DNA of 63,107 nucleotides, counting the filler. It is 3 parts of 3 records of this genome, joined end to end, with 100 filler letters (N's around TTAATTAATTAA, not from the genome) between each part and the next. Parts side by side here need not be neighbours in the genome. Positions count along the whole stretch, not along the records: positions 1 to 31,635 come from SRR20825019_2056; 2 more parts are not named here. The stretch is one strand, 5' to 3'. The translations under genes were made by a program, and so were the position numbers. The notes beneath the pieces are model-generated. The model had not been told where the DNA came from. It saw only the letters and a list, made by a program, of their open reading frames with translations, and searched no databases. Shown piece after piece: positions 19,691 to 29,198 of this stretch. How positions within the stretch are numbered: the stretch's first letter is position 1; the number at the start of each line of letters is the position of its first letter.

Positions 19691-19799
19691 TTTTAAGGTG
19701 ACGTTACTAATAGTTTGTTGTTGAGCTAGTCTAGGTGTTTATTGCCTAACAAAAGACAGCTATGGTAGAGAATTGCGAAATTCTGTGTAGGACTTAAAA
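19691..19799 (+). ncRNA. Candidate structured RNA in the M36-M36 intergenic region
   Basis: Outer TTTTAAG/CTTAAAA stem, G-U-rich inner stems, and an AGAATT-GCGA-AATTCT GNRA hairpin (19769-19784). Confidence 0.3.
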
Positions 19800-19971
19800 G
19801 GTTGAAATGCAAAAATTATAGCTAAAATTACATTGTTGATTTTCATAAAGTTAAAGTAGTAACAAAAGAATAAGGATAAATTAAACTTTACGACTCATTT
19901 ATTATGTTCGCTATCTAATATCATGCAATTTGTCATGATTTAGAAACTATTTTACTTAAAAAATACATAAT

Positions 19972-22779
19972 ATGAAAAACAAGTACACATCAAGTTTTAT
20001 GGTGCTTTTTTTAGCCTTAGTATCCTTTATAGGTACTGCTCAGGATAATCAAAGTATCATTAGCTCTTATTTAGCTAAAAATGCTCCTTCACTAGGATTA
20101 AATTCGTCAGATGTTTCAGAATTTACAATTACTAGTGCAACAACTCTTTCAAACAAAGAAGTAAAAGTTGTTTACTTATTACAACGTATAAATAATGTAA
20201 ATGTTTCTGGTGCTAGTGCAACAGTTGTTATTAAAAATGGCGAAGTGCTTAGCTTTAAGCACGGTTTTGTTTCAGACCTATCAGCAAAAACAGATATTTC
20301 TTCAGCAAGCCTTTCTCCGGTACAAGCAGTAAATTCTGCTGCAAATCATTTAGGCCTTCAAGGTGAATCAAATGTAATGGTAACAGACTATAAATCTCGT
20401 GAAGATTTATTAATAGAAAATGCTACAGATACTAACTATGAAGCACCACTTTATTACGAAATTTCAGATAATGACAGGTATATACTAACCTATGAGGTTA
20501 TAGTAAAAGATCCTAAAGGTGCTTGGTGGAATGCAAAGGTAAACGCGAGCAATGGTCAACTTTTAAATAAAGTGAATATGACTATTACTTGTAATTTCGA
20601 CCTTCCTTACGAAACAGATGCTGTAATAAACAACCATAAATCTCATTCTCATACAGTAGAGAAAAATGGACAATCTAATTTGGTAGATTCTTACTCTAAG
20701 ATTTCACCATTTAGTGCTTCTGCTTCATCTGCATTAGTTTCAGACGGTGCAATTTATAATGCCTATCCACTACGTGTAGAGTCTCCATTACATGGTGATC
20801 GCGTAATATTAAATGACCCTTCAGCTGTAACCCCAGATTTAGATGGTTTAGTGCCTTCTCCTTTTGGATGGCATGATGTTGATGGTATGGCAGGTGCAGA
20901 ATTTACAACTACACAAGGAAACAACGTTTCAGCTTACTTAGATACAATGGATAATGATGCGCCTACTGGCCCAGAAGTATTTGTAGATGGTGGAGCAAAC
21001 TTATTATTTGATGATGAAATTGATTTTAGTTTAGAACCGTCAGAATACAGACCTGCTGTTATTACAAACTTATTTGTGTGGAACAACTATATGCATGATG
21101 TTTGGTACAACTACGGTTTTGATGAATCTAGTGGAAACTTTCAAGAAGCAAATTATGGTCGTTTTGTAGATGATGGTAGTGCATTTGGACCAGATGGAGA
21201 TTCAGTTAATGCTGAAGCCCAAGATGGTAGTGAGCTAGCAGCACCAACGTTAAACAATGCAAACATGGCAACCTCAATGGATGGTTCTAATCCTAGAATG
21301 CAAATGTTCTTATGGGGAGCTGCGCCATTTGGCGATTTTTTAGAAGTAATCTCTCCTACAGATGTAGAAGGTTCATATTTCGCATCTCGTTTTCCTTTTG
21401 TTGATATTCCAAGAATTGAAAATGGTGAAGATCAAATTAGAGCTAATATCGTAGTAGTGCAAGATGATGGTACTCCATACTTAGGAGATGATGGTGGTAC
21501 ACCTGGCGCTAGTACAGAATCTAATGATGGTTGTACTGCATACTTAAATGCAGCAGATATAGACGGTAACATTGCAATTGTAAGAAGAGGTGTTTGTGCC
21601 TTTGCTACAAAAATTAGACGTGCTCAAAATGCTGGTGCTATTGCTTGTATTATAGTTAACAATGTTGAAGGTGAAGGTCCTGTTAATGGTGGTGGTACAC
21701 CAGATGAACCTATTACAATACCTGCTATCTCAATTGGACAAGTACAAGGAGATGCTATTATCGATATAATTGATGCTGGTGGTACAGTAGATGGTCGTGT
21801 TATTGACAGAGGACCATTATCTGCAACTGTTATGAAAGATGGTGATGTAGATCAAGGTATTATAGCTCACGAATATGGTCACGGTATTTCTACTCGATTA
21901 GTTGGAGGTAGAGACCAATCATTATGTCTTTTAAGCTTAGCTGTTGAAGAGCAAATGGGTGAAGGTTGGAGTGACTGGTTTGCATTAGTTATGACACAAG
22001 AATTAGATGATACAGCAGTACAACCTAGAGGTATTGGTACATATGTTTTAGGACAAGACCAATTAGGCTCTGGTATTAGACCAGCACGTTACTCTACAGA
22101 TTTTGCAGTAAACGATTATACCTATGGAGATCTTCCGAACGATGAAATAACTGTACCGCATGGTGTTGGATTTGTTTGGTCTACAATTCTTTGGGATATG
22201 TATTGGGCATTTATAGATGAATATGGTTTTGATGCAGATATCTACAATGGTACTGGTGGTAACAATATGGCTATGCAACTCGTAATGGATGGTCTTAAAC
22301 TATTGCCTTGTGCACAACCAGGTTTTGTAACAGGTAGAGATGCTATTTTAGATGCAGACCAAATGTTATATGATGGTGTAAACGAATGTTTAATTAGAAA
22401 AGCATTCGCAGATCGTGGTGTAGGAGCATTAGCATTACAAGGTGCTGCAAATAGCAGAATGGACCAAGTTGAAGACTTTACAATAAGTGACCCGCTAGGA
22501 ACAGATTGTGATGCGGTATTAGCTACTAATGATGTTGATACTACAATTTTTGCAATATACCCTAATCCTTCTAACGGAAACATAAATATTAATTCAAACA
22601 AAAACAACGGCTTAGCTAAAGTTGAAATGTTTGATATTAATGGTCGTAGAGTTTTAAATACTCAGATAGACCTTACAAATACTGGTAATGTAAATGCTAC
22701 ACAGTTAACAGCTGGTATTTATGTTATTAAAGTTAGTACAGAAAGCTCTGTACACACTCAAAAATTAGTAATTAAGTAA
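19972..22779 (+). CDS. Second T9SS-dependent M36 metallopeptidase with PA domain (tandem paralogue)
   Basis: Same architecture: SPFGWHD, YGFDESSGNFQ, PRMQM, RRGVCAF, HEYGHG, GEGWSDW, IYPNPS CTD. Confidence 0.95.
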   Translation: MKNKYTSSFMVLFLALVSFIGTAQDNQSIISSYLAKNAPSLGLNSSDVSEFTITSATTLSNKEVKVVYLLQRINNVNVSGASATVVIKNGEVLSFKHGFVSDLSAKTDISSASLSPVQAVNSAANHLGLQGESNVMVTDYKSREDLLIENATDTNYEAPLYYEISDNDRYILTYEVIVKDPKGAWWNAKVNASNGQLLNKVNMTITCNFDLPYETDAVINNHKSHSHTVEKNGQSNLVDSYSKISPFSASASSALVSDGAIYNAYPLRVESPLHGDRVILNDPSAVTPDLDGLVPSPFGWHDVDGMAGAEFTTTQGNNVSAYLDTMDNDAPTGPEVFVDGGANLLFDDEIDFSLEPSEYRPAVITNLFVWNNYMHDVWYNYGFDESSGNFQEANYGRFVDDGSAFGPDGDSVNAEAQDGSELAAPTLNNANMATSMDGSNPRMQMFLWGAAPFGDFLEVISPTDVEGSYFASRFPFVDIPRIENGEDQIRANIVVVQDDGTPYLGDDGGTPGASTESNDGCTAYLNAADIDGNIAIVRRGVCAFATKIRRAQNAGAIACIIVNNVEGEGPVNGGGTPDEPITIPAISIGQVQGDAIIDIIDAGGTVDGRVIDRGPLSATVMKDGDVDQGIIAHEYGHGISTRLVGGRDQSLCLLSLAVEEQMGEGWSDWFALVMTQELDDTAVQPRGIGTYVLGQDQLGSGIRPARYSTDFAVNDYTYGDLPNDEITVPHGVGFVWSTILWDMYWAFIDEYGFDADIYNGTGGNNMAMQLVMDGLKLLPCAQPGFVTGRDAILDADQMLYDGVNECLIRKAFADRGVGALALQGAANSRMDQVEDFTISDPLGTDCDAVLATNDVDTTIFAIYPNPSNGNININSNKNNGLAKVEMFDINGRRVLNTQIDLTNTGNVNATQLTAGIYVIKVSTESSVHTQKLVIK

Positions 22780-22800
22780 GTAGTTTGATAGTTTAGTTTT

Positions 22801-22833
22801 AAAAAGAGGAAAGTGTAATGCTTTCCTCTTTTT
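22801..22833. terminator. Bidirectional intrinsic terminator between convergent M36 and dxs
   Basis: AAAAAGAGGAAAG-tgtaatg-CTTTCCTCTTTTT with A- and T-tracts on the two sides. Confidence 0.9.
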
Positions 22834-24609
22834 TTATAATAAAGAAAGTATGTTTTCTTTAATATGATGTGGTGTTAGACCACAAAGTGCATATAGCTCT
22901 TCTACTTTTCCATGATGTATAAAAGTGTCTGGAACACCTAAAACTTTAATATTAGTATTGTAAGAATGCTCGTTTGCAAACTCTAAGATGGCAGAGCCAA
23001 AACCACCCGAAATTGTACCGTCTTCAATAGTTACCAAAGAGTCGTAACTTTTAAAAATGGAATGTAGTAACGTTTCATCTAAAGGTTTTACAAAACGTAA
23101 GTCATAATGACCAACGGCAGCTTTATGGTTTTCATTTAAACTAGAAATAGCCTTGGTAACCTGCGTAGCAATAGCTCCAATTGAAAGTATAGCAATTGTT
23201 TTACCTTTTTTAAGCTGAACACCTTTACCGATAGAGATCGGATTAAATTCTGTTTTCCAGTCTAATGTATTTCCTCTTCCTCTAGGGTATCTTATTGCAA
23301 TTGGTAGGTCTAGACCTAAGGATGCAGTATATAATACTTGTCTAAGCTCAATTTCGTTTCTAGGAGCAAAAATTATAAGATTTGGAACAGCTCTTAAATA
23401 AGCTAAATCAAAAACACCGTGATGTGTAGCACCATCTTCTCCTACAAGTCCAGACCTGTCTAAGCAGAACACAACTGGCAGCTTTTGCAAAGCCACATCA
23501 TGTATAACTTGGTCATACGCTCTTTGTAAAAATGTTGAATATATATTGCAAAAGACAATAAATCCTTGTGTTGCCATTCCTGCAGAAAGCGTAACAGCGT
23601 GTTGCTCTGCAATGCCTACATCAAAAGCACGATCTGGGAAGGCTGTCATCATATACTTTAAAGAACTGCCTGTAGGCATTGCTGGAGTAATCCCTATAAT
23701 TTTTAAATTTTCTTTGGCTAACTCTACTAAAGTAAGTCCAAAGACATCTTGATATTTTGGAGGTAAGATAGCATCGTCTTTTGGGAGCAAGTCTCCAGTA
23801 TACTTATCAAACTTTCCTGGCGCATGATATTTAACTTGGTCTTCTTCTGCTTGTTTTAGGCCTTTGCCTTTGGTTGTAATTACGTGAAGAAATTTAGGTC
23901 CTTTTTTCTTTTTTAGTGTTTCAAAAGCAGTTAATAAAGCATCAATATCATGACCGTCTATAGGGCCATGATAATTAAAGTTTAAAGCTTCAATAATATT
24001 ATCTTGTTTAGGTTTTTTACCAACTGTAGCTCTTGTTAAGTAATTTTTTAAAGCACCTACGCTAGGGTCAATACCTATTGCATTATCATTTAAGATTACT
24101 AATAAATTTGCATTAGTAACACCAGCATGATTTAAGCCTTCAAAAGCCATGCCGCTAGCTATAGAAGCATCTCCTACAACTGCAATATGTTGTTTTTCAA
24201 AATCACCTTTAAGATTTGAAGCAATAGCCATACCCAATGCTGCAGATATAGCTGTTGAGCTATGTCCTACACCAAATGTATCATATACACTTTCACTACG
24301 CTTTGGGAAGCCACTTATGCCACCTATTTGTCTATTGGTGTGAAAAACCTCTTTTCTTCCAGTTAAAATTTTATGTCCGTAGGCTTGATGGCCTACATCC
24401 CAAACAAGTAGATCTTGTGGTGTGTTAAATGCATAATGCAAAGCAATGGTAAGCTCCACCACGCCAAGACTTGCACCTAAGTGCCCTTCTTTGGTTGCAA
24501 CAACATCAATAATAAATTCACGTAATTCTTTTGCAACTTGTGGGAGTGCATTTGGTTGAAGTTCCCTAAGGTCTTCTGGTAAATTTATTGCAGTTAAATA
24601 CTTAGACAT
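22834..24609 (-). CDS. dxs: 1-deoxy-D-xylulose-5-phosphate synthase
   Basis: GHLGASLGVVEL, WDVGHQAY.HK, GD...N TPP motif, DVGIAEQHAV, DGATHHG. Start moved to ATG at 24609 (MSKYL). Confidence 0.97.
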   Translation of the reverse strand: MSKYLTAINLPEDLRELQPNALPQVAKELREFIIDVVATKEGHLGASLGVVELTIALHYAFNTPQDLLVWDVGHQAYGHKILTGRKEVFHTNRQIGGISGFPKRSESVYDTFGVGHSSTAISAALGMAIASNLKGDFEKQHIAVVGDASIASGMAFEGLNHAGVTNANLLVILNDNAIGIDPSVGALKNYLTRATVGKKPKQDNIIEALNFNYHGPIDGHDIDALLTAFETLKKKKGPKFLHVITTKGKGLKQAEEDQVKYHAPGKFDKYTGDLLPKDDAILPPKYQDVFGLTLVELAKENLKIIGITPAMPTGSSLKYMMTAFPDRAFDVGIAEQHAVTLSAGMATQGFIVFCNIYSTFLQRAYDQVIHDVALQKLPVVFCLDRSGLVGEDGATHHGVFDLAYLRAVPNLIIFAPRNEIELRQVLYTASLGLDLPIAIRYPRGRGNTLDWKTEFNPISIGKGVQLKKGKTIAILSIGAIATQVTKAISSLNENHKAAVGHYDLRFVKPLDETLLHSIFKSYDSLVTIEDGTISGGFGSAILEFANEHSYNTNIKVLGVPDTFIHHGKVEELYALCGLTPHHIKENILSLL

Positions 24610-24682
24610 ATGTGCAAATTTAAGATATATAAACACAGTTTAGCAGCGTAGTAGTCCAAATTTAAAATCCTATTTTTGATGT

Positions 24683-25132
24683 ATGTTACAACCATTTGAC
24701 GATACTTATTTTATGAAGAAAGCCCTTCTTGAAGCAGAAGAGGCTTACGAAAAAGGTGAAATACCTGTTGGCGCAATTGTGGTTGCAAATAATACAATTA
24801 TAGCAAGAAGCCACAATCTTACAGAGCTTTTAAATGATGTAACTGCACATGCCGAAATGCAAGCAATAACATCTGCAGCAAATCATATTGGTGGTAAATA
24901 CCTTACAGATTGTACTTTGTATGTTACTTTAGAGCCTTGCCAAATGTGTGCAGGAGCGTTGTATTGGTCACAAATTTCAAAAATTGTGTTTGGCGCAGAA
25001 GATACTCAGCGTGGCTACAGAGTTATGGGGACAAAGTTACACCCAAAAACCAAAGTAGTATCCGGAGTTTTAGCAGAAGATGCATCATTACTTCTCAAGC
25101 GTTTTTTTATTGAGCGTAGAAATTTAAATTAG
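24683..25132 (+). CDS. tadA: tRNA adenosine deaminase / nucleoside deaminase
   Basis: GEIPVGA, TAHAE, LYVTLEPC.MC zinc motif. Confidence 0.9.
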   Translation: MLQPFDDTYFMKKALLEAEEAYEKGEIPVGAIVVANNTIIARSHNLTELLNDVTAHAEMQAITSAANHIGGKYLTDCTLYVTLEPCQMCAGALYWSQISKIVFGAEDTQRGYRVMGTKLHPKTKVVSGVLAEDASLLLKRFFIERRNLN

Positions 25133-25164
25133 TATAACTCTAATTTTATTAACGTATCTTTAAC

Positions 25165-25198
25165 AACTACAGTTTACGTTTTATAGTAACTATAGTTA
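25165..25198. promoter_or_regulatory. Operator-like paired palindromes upstream of DUF2064
   Basis: AACTACAGTT (25165-25174) and TAACTATAGTTA (25187-25198, a perfect palindrome). Confidence 0.3.
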
Positions 25199-25201
25199 AT
25201 A

Positions 25202-25885
25202 ATGCAGGGACAAACAGCAATTTTAATCTTCGCAAACTCATCTCAGGTAGATTTGGGAAGAAAAGGTATGTTAGGTGATAAGGGTTTATTTAACACCTTA
25301 AATGCACATACACTATCAATAGTAAAGTCTACAAAGCTTCCGTATTTTCAGTTTACAGAACATGAACAAGTTGGAAACTCTTTCGGTGAGCGATTTACTA
25401 ATGCTATAAAGTGGGTATATGCTAAAGGATTTGACAATGTTATTACAATTGGGAATGACACACCACATTTAACTGCTAAAACACTTTTAAATACTCACAG
25501 ACTTTTAGAAAACAATACTTGTGTTCTAGGACCATCAACAGATGGTGGTTTTTATTTAATGGGACTTCATAAATCTCAATTTAATGAAGGCCTGTTTACA
25601 AAACTACCGTGGCAAAGTAGAAAGCTATCAAAAAGCATAACGTTACTGCTGTCTGCATTTAAAGTTGAGGTTATAAGACTAGAAACTTTGCAGGATATAG
25701 ATGCTGAAGAGGACATAAAAAATGTCTTACGTTTTAGCAAAAGTTTAAACAAGCACATATTAAATTTATTAAGTTCACTTATACCTTATGTTACGCAAAT
25801 TTTCAGCACGAAAAATTTGCAAATAAGTCATTTTCACTCGTACTCATTTTACAATAAGGGTTCACCATTTGGATTGTCAATTTAG
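25202..25885 (+). CDS. DUF2064 / TIGR04282-like (CofC-like nucleotidyl/glycosyl-transferase fold) protein with extended C-tail
   Basis: Q.GNSFGERF, IGNDTP, LGPSTDGGFYL, LPW, LQDID motifs; lacks the usual N-terminal KTRL motif. Confidence 0.8.
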   Translation: MQGQTAILIFANSSQVDLGRKGMLGDKGLFNTLNAHTLSIVKSTKLPYFQFTEHEQVGNSFGERFTNAIKWVYAKGFDNVITIGNDTPHLTAKTLLNTHRLLENNTCVLGPSTDGGFYLMGLHKSQFNEGLFTKLPWQSRKLSKSITLLLSAFKVEVIRLETLQDIDAEEDIKNVLRFSKSLNKHILNLLSSLIPYVTQIFSTKNLQISHFHSYSFYNKGSPFGLSI

Positions 25886-25947
25886 TAAAGCCTTCAATTT
25901 TGTTGGAGCACCATTAAATAAACCAATCTTTTTAGAATCCAAAAACA

Positions 25948-28900
25948 ATGAAACAACTTTTCATTGGCTTTGCGTTATTGCTTTCTGCAATGAGCTTTGC
26001 CCAAACTACTATTACCGGAACTGTTACAACCACAGCTTCTGGAGAAACAGTGCCATTTGTAAATGTTATTTTAAATAATAGTACGACAGCTACAACTACA
26101 GATGATAATGGCCGCTACAGTATCGACATAAATTCAGAATTAGATGTCCTTAAATTTTCTGCTTTAGGCTTTATTTCTCAATCTATAACAGTTGGTAACA
26201 AGGCCATAATAAATGTAGCATTAGAAGAATCTACAACAGACCTAAATGAAGTTGTAATTACGGCTTTAGGATTTAAACGAGAAACCAAAGAGTTAGGATA
26301 TGCCGTACAAAGTTTAGGTAGTGATGATATTCAAGAAGTTAAAGCTGTAAATTTTCTAGATAATTTAAGCGGAAAATTAGCAGGTGTTACTATAAGTCAA
26401 GGAGCAACAGGTGTTGGTTCTACTTCAAAAATAACAATACGAGGTGAGGCTTCATTTTCTAATAACAATCCCTTATTTGTTGTAGACGGCACACCTATTA
26501 ATAATAATACGGTTTTTAATTTCACAAATGAAGCAGCAGCAGGTTTTCAAGAAGTAGATTTTGGTAATGGTGCTATGGAGGTTAATCCAGATGATATCGC
26601 TTCGGTTTCAGTATTAAAAGGACCAAGTGCAGCAGCACTTTATGGTACTAGAGCATCTAACGGCATTATTGTTATAGAAACTAAGAATGGAGCAAACAAA
26701 AAAGGCTTAGGAGTAAGTTATAATACTAGCCTTTTTATAGATACTGCATTTAGGTTGCCAGATTTTCAAAATGAGTACGGCCAAGGAAATTCTGGAGAGT
26801 TTGAATATGTAGATGGCTTAGGTGGCGGTATAAACGATAATATAACATATTCTTGGGGGCCAAGGTTAGACCAAGGCTTACTCATACCACAGTTTGACAG
26901 TCCTGTTGTACTTGCTAATGGCACAATTGTAAGAGGTGGCGATACTTCTGTTTATGATGGCCAACCAATAACTCCTACAGCATTTAATTCAAATCCTGAT
27001 AACCTTAAGGATTTTTATGAGACAGGTGTAACAACTATTAACAACCTATCAATAGCTACTGGTTTTAATACTGGAGATTTTAGGTTATCTCTTACAGACT
27101 TAAGAAGTGATGGTATTATTCCTGGCGTTAACTTAGACAGACAAACCATATCTACAAAGCTAAATTTTACACCAACTCAAAAAACAAAAATCACGTCTAA
27201 CATAAGTTATGTAAACTCTCAAAGTGATAATAGACCATCAAATGGATATGGTAGTGAAAATGTAAATTACTCTTTAGTAGCTTGGGGACCAAGATCTTTA
27301 AATATAGATAGCTTAAGAGATTATTGGCAACCTGGTTTAGAAGGTGTACAACAATACTCTTTTAACTACACCTTTTTTGACAATCCATATTTTATCCTTT
27401 TTGAAAACAGAAATAGTTTTAATAGAGATCGTGTTTTTGGAAATGTTTCTATCAAACATAATTTTACAGAAAAGCTAAGTGTTGCAGTAAGATCTGGAAT
27501 GGATTACAGTAATGAAAAACGCCAATTCTTAAGAAACTTTAGTTCAAATAGATTTAAAAATGGTGCGTACGCAGAGCACGATGTTTTTTTTAGAGAAATA
27601 AATACAGATATCTTAGTAAACTATCAAGATATTGTTGGAGACCTTTCTTTTGATGTGTCTTTAGGAGGAAACAGATTAGATCAAAATGCATCTACCAAAC
27701 AATCTCAAGCAACTAATTTAGCACAACCTGGTATATTTAGTCTAAACAATGCAGCTTCTCCTATTGAAGTGTTTCAGTTTGAGTCTCAAAAGCGAATCAA
27801 TTCTATTTATGGCTTGGCAAAATTTGGGTATAAAGACTACCTGTTTTTAGACATTACAGGAAGAAACGATTGGTCTAGCGCATTAGCAACTCCTTTTTCG
27901 GTAGATGGTACATCTTTCTTTTACCCTTCAGCTTCAGCAAGTTTTATATTGTCTGAGGTAGCCACGCTTCCAAGCATATTTTCTTACGCTCAGCTAAGAG
28001 CAAGCGTAGCACAAGTAGGTAATGATACTAACCCTTACCAAACCTCAGGAACGTTTGTCTCTCAAACCCCATTTAATAGTCAACCTACATTTAGCAATCA
28101 GGATTTAATTCCAAATGCAAACCTAAAGCCAGAAAGCACCACATCTTATGAGGCAGGATTTGATGTTCGTTTTTGGAGAGATCGTCTTAATTTAGATTTT
28201 ACATATTATAATGCATTAACTAAAGATCAAATAATATCGTTGCCAATTGGTATATCTTCAGGGTATAACCAACAGGTAGTTAACGGAGGAAAAGTTCGTA
28301 CAGAAGGTGTTGAAATTATTGCAGGATTAACACCAATCATAACAGATAAATTTAGGTGGACAACCACATTTAATTTTAGTAAAAGTGTTGCAACTGTTGA
28401 AGACTTACCACAAGATGATGGTCGCCTAACTTTAGGTTTAAGTAGAATTTATGACAGTGCTAACCAAACGGTTTTCTTTCAAGTTGAAGAAGGTGGTCGC
28501 GTAGGTGATTTTTATGGAACAGGCTATCTTAAAAACGAAAACGGTGATTTTATCCTAACCGATGACGGAAGATATATTGCAGATAATAATTTACAGAAAC
28601 TTGGAAACTATAATCCAGATTTTATGCTAGGATGGAACAACCAATTCTCATACGGTAACTGGAATTTGAGCTTCCTTTTTGATTGGAGACAAGGTGGCGA
28701 AATTGTATCTAGAACTAGAGCTTTAGGTAATGTAGGTGGACAATTGGCAGAAACTTCTTTTAGACCTGAAGGTGGCATTATAGCTCAAGGTGTTGTAAAT
28801 ACGGGTACTGCAGAAAACCCTAACTATGTTCCTAATACAACTGCAGTAACTGCAGAAAGCTACTACCGTCAATATTATGATAGAAACCACGAAGAAAATA

Positions 28901-29163
28901 ATATATATGATGCCTCTTATTTAAAGCTAAGACAGTTTTCTGTGGGTTATACCTTTAAATTAAATGATGGATTTATAGGACTAAAGGAAGGTGTAGATGT
29001 AAACCTTTCCTTAGTTGGAAGAAACTTATTTGCTATTACAGAAAACCCGCATTTTGATCCAGAGCAATTAGCCGTACAAGGACAAAGTTTTGTAAGTGGT
29101 GTAGAAGATATGAGTTATGCCACAACAAGAAGTATAGGTTTTAAAGCCGGATTTAATTTCTAA
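25948..29163 (+). CDS. susC: SusC/RagA family TonB-dependent transporter
   Basis: LNEVVITALG, IRG.ASF..NNPLFVVDG, NPDDIASVSVLKGPSAAALYGTRASNG, GRNDWSS, C-terminal F. Confidence 0.97.
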   Translation: MKQLFIGFALLLSAMSFAQTTITGTVTTTASGETVPFVNVILNNSTTATTTDDNGRYSIDINSELDVLKFSALGFISQSITVGNKAIINVALEESTTDLNEVVITALGFKRETKELGYAVQSLGSDDIQEVKAVNFLDNLSGKLAGVTISQGATGVGSTSKITIRGEASFSNNNPLFVVDGTPINNNTVFNFTNEAAAGFQEVDFGNGAMEVNPDDIASVSVLKGPSAAALYGTRASNGIIVIETKNGANKKGLGVSYNTSLFIDTAFRLPDFQNEYGQGNSGEFEYVDGLGGGINDNITYSWGPRLDQGLLIPQFDSPVVLANGTIVRGGDTSVYDGQPITPTAFNSNPDNLKDFYETGVTTINNLSIATGFNTGDFRLSLTDLRSDGIIPGVNLDRQTISTKLNFTPTQKTKITSNISYVNSQSDNRPSNGYGSENVNYSLVAWGPRSLNIDSLRDYWQPGLEGVQQYSFNYTFFDNPYFILFENRNSFNRDRVFGNVSIKHNFTEKLSVAVRSGMDYSNEKRQFLRNFSSNRFKNGAYAEHDVFFREINTDILVNYQDIVGDLSFDVSLGGNRLDQNASTKQSQATNLAQPGIFSLNNAASPIEVFQFESQKRINSIYGLAKFGYKDYLFLDITGRNDWSSALATPFSVDGTSFFYPSASASFILSEVATLPSIFSYAQLRASVAQVGNDTNPYQTSGTFVSQTPFNSQPTFSNQDLIPNANLKPESTTSYEAGFDVRFWRDRLNLDFTYYNALTKDQIISLPIGISSGYNQQVVNGGKVRTEGVEIIAGLTPIITDKFRWTTTFNFSKSVATVEDLPQDDGRLTLGLSRIYDSANQTVFFQVEEGGRVGDFYGTGYLKNENGDFILTDDGRYIADNNLQKLGNYNPDFMLGWNNQFSYGNWNLSFLFDWRQGGEIVSRTRALGNVGGQLAETSFRPEGGIIAQGVVNTGTAENPNYVPNTTAVTAESYYRQYYDRNHEENNIYDASYLKLRQFSVGYTFKLNDGFIGLKEGVDVNLSLVGRNLFAITENPHFDPEQLAVQGQSFVSGVEDMSYATTRSIGFKAGFNF

Positions 29164-29198
29164 TAAACACACTCGTTTGAGTGTTAAACACATACACA

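Noticed and set aside
29169-29184. ACACTC-gttt-GAGTGT hairpin between susC and susD
   Set aside because: A 6-bp stem with no U-tract; it may stabilise mRNA but is too small to call.
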